Below, one piece after another: positions 53,769 through 63,580 of a stretch of 63,580 nt of DNA. Both the position numbers and the translations under genes were made by a program. The first letter of the stretch is position 1, and every line of letters starts with the position of its first letter. The stretch covers positions 24,120,853 through 24,184,432 of the forward strand of contig MU054187.1 in assembly GCA_013239625.1 (NCBI GenBank), read 5' to 3'. The notes beneath the pieces were generated by a model. The model had not been told where the DNA came from. It saw only the letters and a list, made by a program, of their open reading frames with translations, and did no database searches. This stretch comes from Lama guanicoe (Eukaryota).

Positions 53769-54374
53769 AGAACAAAAAGTTGGAGCATAATCCTAAAGTT
53801 ATAAACATTATACGTGAATTTAATTAACGATTGTGGTTTGAGTTATAAATGTATTGCATGGATGGAGATAAGGAAACTAAAATGGGAGACTGCAAATGTT
53901 CTAAATTCTAGTGATGACTCAGGGAAGAGTATAAACACAATTTTGAAATATGGGGGGGAAAGCCTTAATAAATAGCTTTGTACATGTCCTAACATAACAC
54001 ACTAATGAATTAGATGTGCTTATCAACACTTTTCTGTATCGTGAATTATGTTCTCTCAGAGTTATATTCTGTGCTTTGCCTCTCAACCTTACAGTCAGTG
54101 ATTTCCAATGCTGCTTTTTAGAGCTGGTGCCGCTTGACTCCTGAATTATTTGGCCATATCTATTAGTGCACTTCTAATAGTTATTGATGGATGAGTCTGA
54201 ATCATACTCCTACCACTAACTGACATTATGCAAATTATTGAGCTTCTTCGAGTCTCAGTCCCTTATCTATAAACTTGATATGATATTGCTTCTTGACTCC
54301 TAATTGTCATTACAAATCAGGAAAAATAATGCAAAGCACTGTGTATTTTGTACATGTATGACACTCGTGTCTTT

Positions 54375-56080
54375 TCTAACAAAGCACCTACTGCTATAAA
54401 CTTCCCTCCAGGCATTATTTTAAATGCATCCCACAAGCTTTGATATGCCATGTTTTCATTTTTGAGATTGGAAGCAGTTTCTAATTTGCTTTGTGATTGC
54501 TTGTTTTTCTATCCATGTGGTATGCTATTATTGTCTAATTTCCAAATAGTTGGAGATTTCCCAGTTGACACTGTTGTTGACTTCTAGCTTAATTCTTTCT
54601 TGTTCAGTCAGGATACACTGTGTATTTTTTTCTATTCTTTTACGTGTGTTGAGATTTGTATTATGGCTCAGAATATGATCTATCTTATATAAGATAAATA
54701 TTCTGTTTTCATTTGAAAGGAATGTACATTTTGAAGTTGTGTGGAATGTTCTGAATATGGTTGATAGTGCTGCTCAAGTCCTCTATACCCTTACTTTGTT
54801 CAATTACAGACAGAGAGCTGTTGAAGTCCCCAACTATAAATTGTGGATTTGTCCATTTGTTTATTTTTTTTCAGTTCTATCACTTTTTAAAAACCTTTTT
54901 CTTTATGTATTTTGTTAGATGAACACACATTGTTCCCAATAGATTGCTGTTTCATCTTTATCATTATATAATGTCTGTCTTCATCTTTACCCTGAAATTT
55001 ATTTCATGTGATAATAAAGACACTTCAGGCTTCTTCTAATAAGTATTTCTGTGGGCTATTTTTCCCCCATCTTATTGTCTTTATCTTTGCCTCAATATTT
55101 AATGTGGGCTTCCCGTAAAAGACACATACTTGGATTTTGCTTTTTTAACTAGATCTGAGGCTGACACTATCTACCCTTCAAATCAGTGTTTTCAATCATT
55201 TACATCTAATACAACACAACTATTGACATGTTTAGATTTGAAACTACTATCTTGCCGTTGTTTTCTAAGTATTCTCTTTTCTATGTTCCTTACTTCTTCT
55301 TTTTCTCCCTTGTTTTAGATCGAGGATTTTGTAAGAATCTGTTTAATATCCACTATGGGCTTATTAGTTATATATCTTCTTATTGATTTAGTGGTTAAGC
55401 TAGTGTTTATATATTGTGAACTATAATAACCTACTTTCAAATAGACATAGTGTCAGCCATTGGGGGCTGATGCGGGGTTCTAGGTGAGCAGCCCCAATGA
55501 AAAAATGCACGAGGCGTTGCCGAACCACCAGACAGACTTCAGCAGGAGACACCATGGGGTTAACACCACTTTATTCTGTTGCTGCAGGATGATGCGCAGC
55601 TGTCCTGCTTTTTACCTGCTCTCTGCTTACACGTGTGCAGTGCGGTTTTCTTTGTTCATGAGGCTAACAAAAACATCAGTAAGTGCACGCGTACTTCTGT
55701 TTTCTTTGTTCTAAAAGTTACGTAACAGGTGCATGTGTGCAATCACTATTTACTTCATACTAATCGTGGCCTTGGGTCCCACGGCCGTAACTCATCTCAA
55801 GGCAGCTCACACATAGTGTAAAACTTAACTATGCTGTACTTCCGTCTCCTCTCTCTCATCTTCTGTGTGGTTATTGTCATACATTTTACTATGTAGTATG
55901 TTATAAAAATGTCAATATATTTTTATTGTTTAGAAGGTCAAGTATCTTATAAAGCTGTTAAAATGGGAGAAACTGGACTTTTACATTTACTTAACTTTTA
56001 CAGTTTCTGATCTCTTCATTTGTTTGTGTAGATTTATCATCTCCATTTGGTATCGTATTCCTTCAGCCTAAAATAGACAT
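54375..56080 (-). mobile_element. Ancient L1M internal fragment interrupted by a solo LTR
   Basis: gctataaacttccctc, gcatcccaca, gttgaagtccccaactata; continues after 55816. Confidence 0.75.
55451..55811 (-). mobile_element. Solo LTR (361 bp, CpG-retaining)
   Basis: TG...CA termini; TSD catag (55446-55450, 55812-55816); minus-strand AATAAA at 55570-55575. Confidence 0.8.
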
Positions 56081-59000
56081 GCTTCTTCTTATGTTCTTGC
56101 TGACATAAATTTTTATCCTTATTCATTTTAAAGGTCTTGAGTATATAACACTTACGAATTTTAAATTATTTTAAAATATGATACTCAAACAAAACCATAA
56201 AAAGATAATTTTCTCCATTGCAGCTCTGAACTTAGTCCAGCCCTTAATATTGCAAGTAAATATAATTTTAAAACAGTGGTCTCATAAAAACTACAACAAA
56301 GACATACAAAAAAGAAAATACTAGTTCATAACAATACAGAAGATGATAATCAAATATCGATCTTTGACCAGATAAATATTTTGTGCCGACATGACCAATA
56401 ATGTTTGGTGACTTAATTAAGACCAGCTCTATTATATAACATGGGGAAACAGCTAGGGCTTTATTAAAAGATACCAAGACAATTAAACTAGAGATCATAT
56501 TCTAAGTTTGAAATTATAACCACAGTTGTTAGTTTTTTATCAGCTTGAGCTGGCTGTGAATGTCTATTTCTCACGGGAGCATTTTTGTGTCTGTTTCTGT
56601 GTAGCTATTCTTCATTATCAAAGTAAGATCGAATGCAGGGCTTGGACTCATACCACACAATGGCGTGTGACGTCCATTTGGCCCACATTCTAACAACCCA
56701 AGCACTTCAGGGAAATTTCCAAGTCAGTTTATGATCCCCACCTGCCGGGAACTGAGCCCAGCTCTGACAAAAGCTGCCGATGCTGGTGAGGAGTCACCAA
56801 AATCCAAAAAGAAAAGAGATAGGGGAAAGGTGTTCAAACCTGTTTTATTAAACATCAGGAGGCTGCAGATGGAAGGAATATGCAGAAAATTTGAGAATTA
56901 GGTAAAGAAAGAGATTGGTATTATGTTAAACTAATTTGATAACTATATTTAGGAATGATCCACAACAACAGATATGCCTTATACTCGTTTTAGGTGCTTT
57001 CTTATGAAGCACTTATGAAACAGTGCTTTTAGCAATTACGTGGTTCACCTGATTATGCTGGCAAATAAAATGGACAGCTGGTGTGGTAGTCTCATTAATA
57101 AAATCTTCAGTAAAGTTAGCAACAGATATTCTAGGTGAAGGCTATTGGGGGATTTTCTTCCCTGCCCAAAATGTTCTCAACATTATATCAAAGGAGAGGA
57201 AATTTGTTCCCAGAAGATAACCTTGCAAAATTCATATGAAGATGGTAGATAAAATATTCTGAATAATTCAGATAATATTCCCCTTCCTCTGGGCTGCATG
57301 TGTTTTGCATACTGGATTCTCCTTTGCAGTGTGCTGTCGCTCTCCCATTTAAAATCACATATTTCTTTAGGGCAAGATTGTGTTTCCTCTGTGTTGATAA
57401 CACTACATTTCCTACCTACTTACCAAGCAAAGTGTTTAGCCTCTTGTAGCATGCTTTCCAAATAATGTATTGAATTGTATTGTTCAATATTTCCTCAGTG
57501 CTGGCCATCTAAAATACCATTAACAATATTTACAAACAAATATGATGAAAAACACCTATGCTGCTTAAAGGAAAAATAATACTATTATTGGTTAGTTAAT
57601 CATATTAAATGAGTCCACTACACTTAACAAATGGTCTTAGATTCACGGTTTGGGGCTTATATATCCTATCACTATAATTATTAGTTAGGTTCTTAAAATT
57701 CTCTTATAGGTTCTTTCTTTCTGTTCTGTCTGAAAGGGGTTGAAATTTAAGTGAATCATGTGGGGGAAGAAAAAGCAAATTCACATCACTTCAACTCTCA
57801 AGATAATTCGTTCAATTTCTCCTCTCTACTCAATGACCTCATTATCCAAAAGCTGAAGCTGGGGTTTCATTTACTATCCCTTCAGAACGTTCCCACTTTG
57901 TATGATATAATGCATAATTTAAATGCATGAAGGTATATTATACTCCTTGAAAACTTCTGAAGTTGGATATATAAATACTGAAGCATCCTTAAACTATTTG
58001 CTTTTACTATATCAACACTCATAAATTGAAGTAGCAAAATTTTGTTAAGTGACCAGATGTATATATATATTTTTTAAGTACTTTTCAAAAGTGGATAGAT
58101 GCCCTTTATCCCATGAAGTGTTTCTTTAATATCAAAGGCTCCTTTTAAGAAAGGATATATATTTTTTCTCTAGAACTTTTTTTTTAGAAAAGTCACCATA
58201 ACATCACTTCAGGGGCTCGCTCTGCAGTTTGGGAGAGACTGTGACTGGAATGTACAAGTTGTATTTATCTTGAGTGGTTTTTATGCTTATGATAAACCAT
58301 ACTTATCTAGATGTGACATAATCTTTCTATGCTAAAACAACTTGACTGTGTGAGTCACTGTCACTGCTCCTCGGGGGTAGCAGCTCAGAATAAAAGAATG
58401 ATCAACAGAATATAAAAGCCTTGTTTCAAAGAGGTAATCAGCCCCAATAGATTGCGCGTTGGATGGTAATTAACAAAGATTCTCCGTTTAATGTTGTGGT
58501 TATACAGCTTTTACAGTTGGATTGCCACAAATCCCTAAAAAAAAATTTTAAATATATTTACTTTTTCAATTGTTTTGCCTTACTGTTGTTCTCTTTTGAA
58601 AGTAAAGACTGCAAAGTCAAACTGATAATTCTGAAGTACATTTTGTTTAAGAGTTTGTACTCTCTTTGGCATGATATTTTTTTTCTTTCTGCAGGCTCAT
58701 CAAAATGGCCAATGTCACCAAAACAGCAAATTTGGAGGCACAGCTGTTCTACATAGCAACACAAGCGAGTTTGGAATACTAATTGCCTCTAAACATTATG
58801 CGTAGGATGACATAATCCCAAGAAAAATTTTTTCTCCCCATAAGAGTGTGATCTACAGATTTAAGTCTTTTAAGAAATATTCAGTGTATTCAGAATATCC
58901 TCAAAAGCAAAATATCAATAGGCACTTTGTACATTTTCCTAGGACAAGAGTAACCAGGTCAGTTTGCAGTAGGCAAAACACTATGTAGAATGCATTATGT

Positions 59001-60450
59001 GTCTGGGAGACACAGAAGTGGGAAATGGAATTCTTCTTTGCACTTTACAGCCAAGGCAAGTAGAAAAGATCGATACGCATGTATCAGAAGTGAGATATGC
59101 AATATTATTAATATAAAGACCATATTATTAAATTATTGGGGCAACAGGCACTCACAGAGAGAGATTAGCTTCATCATTAAATTCAGCAAGTCCTGAGATT
59201 TGGCTTACGATTGGCTGCTGTTAATAAAGATAATAAGCCATTCCCTACCACTGCTTAACTTTCTTGTGTATACACACAGAGTCAGGCAAGCAGCACTGAA
59301 GATTCCCAAATCTATAGAGTTGGTCAATACCTCTGTACATTGGTATATTAATATAGACTGTTCTCTAATGACTTTTCCTCCCATCCTTTGGTGTGAATGA
59401 ATATTATTAAGTAAAACATCACTTTTGAAAAATATTATAAATCTTTATACATTTTTATATGTTCCAGTGTACATCCATCAGCCATTAACTTTAAAGCCGT
59501 GTTGAAATTTAAGGTATGTTGGTTGACTTGGTAAGACAAGCCTTACAAAAGACTGCACTTTCTGAAATGACTCCAAAGAAAAGTTGCAAAGTAGTCAAAT
59601 ATAACCTAGATATGACTGTCTACACTGTGCAACCAGCCTCTAATTGTTTACAGGGTAGAGAAGGTGAGGCATGGGATGGAAGGGGGTCTTAGGATAGAAC
59701 TATTCCTCTTAAGTAGAAAATGATCCAGCCATAAACAGCTTGTCTCAGGAACAAAATGGAGGAGGTGGGATTCAGAATCAGAAGGATTCTTTTCACCTAA
59801 TCCAATCCCCAGAGCTTTGCTCTCCACTCTGAGTGTTGCAGGAATCTGTACAATGCAGTGGGCACAAACTGCCATCTCAAGATCCCTCTAAGAAGAATGG
59901 AACTCAAAAGGGAGAAATCCACTTCTCCCAGCACACGCCGTTATCCAGTGTGGCATCCAGAGAGCTCATTCACCACTGACCCACTGGTCTGCTGAGCAGC
60001 AGGTGACTCACAGTAGCTGTGCCAGCGTTGCAGAGGCCAGGCCTTTCCATGACCAGGGCAGCAGCCACCAGTAGCCCAGTCACTCTGCCCCGCAGAACCT
60101 CACAAATACTGTCTGGAGTTGAGCAAGAATAAGCCTGGGGACCTTAAACATAATGAGAGGTAAGTTTTAAATTTGGCAAATGACAACACTTTCTTCAAGA
60201 GCAGACTGGGACATATACGGAGGTGGACTGATAACAACGAATGCTACATTGTGATTTCTACTGTTTCATATTTCACAAAATATTTTACATGTGTTATTTT
60301 ATTAAAATAGTCTAGGGAAATAAGCCTTTCCAGTTTTTCCAGTTTTACCAAAGATTCAGTGTGGCATGATGGAATTGCCTGGGTTTCTCATTTAAACTAA
60401 GATTCATGAGGTTCTGGAGTATCTCCCCAGGATCAGAATTAGATTCTCCT

Positions 60451-61100
60451 AAAGGGAACCCTCCTACACTGTTTGTGGGAAAGCAGTTTGGAGCAGCCAT
60501 TGTGGAAAACGGTACGGAGATTCTTCAAAAAAACTATTAATAGAATTCCCATATGACTCAGTAATCCCACTCCTGGGCATATATCCAGAGGGAACATTAA
60601 TTCAAAAAGACACCTGCACCCCAGTGTTCATAGCAGCACTATTTACAATAGCCAAGACATAGAAACAACCCAAATGTCCATCGACAGGTGACTGAATAAA
60701 GAAGTTGTGGTCAATTTATACAATGGAATACTATTCAGCCATAAAAATGACAACATAATGCCATTTGCAGCAACATGGATGTCCCTGGAGAATGTCTTTC
60801 TCAGTGAAGTAAGCCAGAAAGAGAAAGAAAAATACTATATGATATCACTCATATGTGGAATCTTAAAAAAAAATAAGACAAATAAACTTAAATATAAACC
60901 AGAAACAGACTCACAGACATAGAATGCAAACTTGTGGTTGCCACAAGAGAGGGGGGTGGGAAGGGACACACTGGGAGACTGAGATTTGTAGATACTGACA
61001 CGTATGTATAAAATAGATAAACAAGTTTATACTGTATAGCACAGGGAAATATATACAAGATCTTGTAGTAGGTCATAGTGGAAAAGAATATGAAAAAGAG

Positions 61101-61131
<31 letters not shown>

Positions 61132-61209
61132 TCATGTATGACTGAAAAATTGTGCTGTATGCCAGAAGTTGACACAACATTGTAAACTGACTATAACTCA
61201 TTAAAATAA
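60451..61209 (+). mobile_element. 5'-truncated L1 3' end
   Basis: ORF2 C-terminus plus 3' UTR; imperfect 16-bp TSD agaattagattctcct / agaactggattctcct (60435-60450, 61210-61225). Confidence 0.95.
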
Positions 61210-61579
61210 AGAACTGGATTCTCCTGTTTCATACCTCCCATTCTCTGGCACTGCTGCTTGCCCTCTGTCCCTGAACTAAGCTCCAGAGATCCGCTCACCT
61301 TTGAAGAGAGGACAATATTCACGGAGATTCAGCTTCAGTGAGAGGAGTATGGGAGACAACTGGAGACCAGCTGCATTCCAAAGTTATTTCTTTATGGTGA
61401 GCTAATAAAGGATAGATTATTCACAGGGTGAAATGAAGTGTGAAAACACTTCTGAATCTCTGAAACACTGCCACAGATGACAGCAAAACAACTCTGCCAA
61501 TAAGCTTTGGAGACATATTGCAACCTACGCCACTCTGGCCCACTCTGTATGAAAACAGCGCACAATTACAGAAGCTAAA

Positions 61580-62060
61580 TAATATTCATTTAACATTTAT
61601 TAAGCTCTTACTGTGTACCAAGCTCTGTGCTAAATTTTGGAGATTGAAAACAAATAGAGCACGATCCCTCTCCTTCAGAAGCCTGCATCCCATCAGTGGA
61701 AACAGACAATTAAACAATTACAGTAGTGTGGTAAGTGTCACAGTGAAATCACGTACAAGGAGCTACAGAAGCACAAAGGAGAAGGCCCTCTAATCTACTT
61801 GTCTTTCTAAAAATAGAAGAGCCACCTCCAAAAACCCTTCCAAAATAAAAATTAAACAACAACAACAAAAAACCCAGTAAAAGCCCATATTGACTGTTTA
61901 CTTTGGTCCAGACACAAGGCTAAGCAGGTGAATATTATCTCATTGAATCCTTACACCACCCAATGTATGAGGTCCTATTATCTCCATTTTACAAGATAAA
62001 TAATCTGTTATAAATCACCATAGAGGTTTAAGCAATGTTAATATTCTCAGAGCCCCATAG
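61580..62060 (-). mobile_element. L2 3' end (61580-61800) and MIR (61890-62060) remnants
   Basis: attcatttaacatttattaagctcttactgtgtaccaag; tctcattgaatcctta...tattatctccattttaca. Confidence 0.6.
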
Positions 62061-63580
62061 TTCTTTTCCTTTTTAAAAAATTATAATATTTATCTCAGTC
62101 TATCTTAAATCAGTTTTTATTTCATGATGGAACTCCCCCATTATAGTTTATACTCACAGAAGGCAATGACTTGTATTTAATTTTAAACAAATGCAATGAT
62201 ATAGTAGGCCCTCAAAAATGTTTCAGATTTACTAGAATCATGCAAAAATGGTACAAACCAGTGATGTAAATGGCTGTTATATAATCTTAGGTCTGAGATG
62301 CTGAAGGAAGAGAGAACAAGAACTAGACTAACAAAATCTGAATATAATGTCATTAAGATCTACTGTAACATGGGCAGCAGGCCCTGAAGAAAGACGGTAT
62401 AACAAGAGGGACTTGTCCTAATAAAACCTTGTCTGATTTTCTCAGTACTCACATTGTGCTCTGGCCTTGCCACACTTTAGCTTCATCCTTGGGATATGTT
62501 GATATATTCATATTATACTTCCCAAATTAAAATTTATTTTGTGATATCTCGCCTGTGCACATAGAACTCATCTCAGAACCTAGGTTTATTTCTCTGGATC
62601 ACAAAATCCCTTTTAGCCACACTTATTCTCTCCCACATTTCTACACCTTGGCCTTGTGCTTACATATGGCAACATCAGGTAAGCTAGACAAATGATACTC
62701 TTGGGTTTCAGACTCTGAGACCATGTGATACTTGTACTGCCTGCGCATGGAAGGTGCCATCCATGACCTTGAACTTCCTCTCCATCTACACAACCCCTGA
62801 ACTATGCAAGGAGGTGGATTATTAAGGGGCAAGATTGATACTATGATGCTGTTTCCTGTTCTGCTTTCTTGGGAGTGGAAGAGAGCAGTGATAGGAAAAG
62901 CAAGAGGCTATTGATACATCTCTCACTCTTAAGGGCAGAGTTACCAAAGGAAAGCTAAACATTTTTTCAAAAAATTAGAATTGGTACAAATAACCATGCT
63001 ACTTTCAATGGTGTTCAGGTTTTAACTATGAGGCCAGTTTTTAGAATCAAGAGATTTCTTACTTCTTTCAAACTCTACCCTCCCATGGGGTAGTTGAAGA
63101 CCACAGGGAAATGGTTACAGTAATCTTGTCAGAGAAAGATCAGAGCTGAAAACCTTACAGAGAGCTTCCAGCCAGGCCAAAGGAGGATTGTTTTGAAAAA
63201 CTAAATCTCTGAGGGAAAGTGGATGACCTGTCCTCGAATGTCCTAGAAACTATTTGTTCCAATTTTGGGCACAATTTTTAATTTTTGTCAAAATGGTTCT
63301 AAGAGATTTATTTTTCTATTTATTTCATACTAATCATGCAAATTATTTTCTAACAAATTTCTTAATTTACAAAAGCAGGTAGTCTACATTTCTCTATTCT
63401 CTAGAAACTCATTGCTAGAAAAAGGTTGCACCCAGGATTTACTCTGTCAGATAACAGTGGTAGTAACAACAGAAGCAGCCCCCAAGTAGTGGCTACTTAC
63501 TTCATTTCAACTAACTTATCGAGTTAACAGCATTTAATCTTCACAGTCTTTAATTAATTACAGCAGATGTGACTTTAATT

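Noticed and set aside
22550..61287. Exact 18-mer cctgaactaagctccaga at 22550-22567 and 61270-61287
   Set aside because: No extension of similarity on either side; one such match in 63 kb is plausibly chance.
1..63580. CRISPR arrays, operons or other prokaryotic systems
   Set aside because: The sequence is mammalian and no regular repeat-spacer pattern is seen.

Overview
Mammalian genomic DNA, AT-rich and repeat-dense. Vic-1-like tRNA-derived SINEs suggest a camelid. I see no credible protein-coding gene: the ORF track is L1 ORF2 or ERV pol debris and chance ORFs. The first ~11 kb is a nested stack. A young L1 adjoins an older L1, which carries a solo LTR and interrupts a decayed class I (gamma-like) ERV pol. 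That pol is split between RNase H and integrase by a ~2.4 kb minus-strand insertion (6988-9403) with hallmarks of L1-mediated retrotransposition: a TSD, a TT/AAAA site and a terminal AATAAA. The insertion looks like an unspliced cellular transcript whose CpG-rich 5' end carries NRF1 motifs. The rest of the window holds many 5'-truncated L1 3' ends with TSDs (some inverted or prematurely polyadenylated), old L1/L2/MIR, MaLR/ERVL/ERV LTRs, hAT and TcMar fossils, microsatellites, a 64-N gap and some unique DNA. Repeat family names come from recalled consensus similarity, not from a database search.
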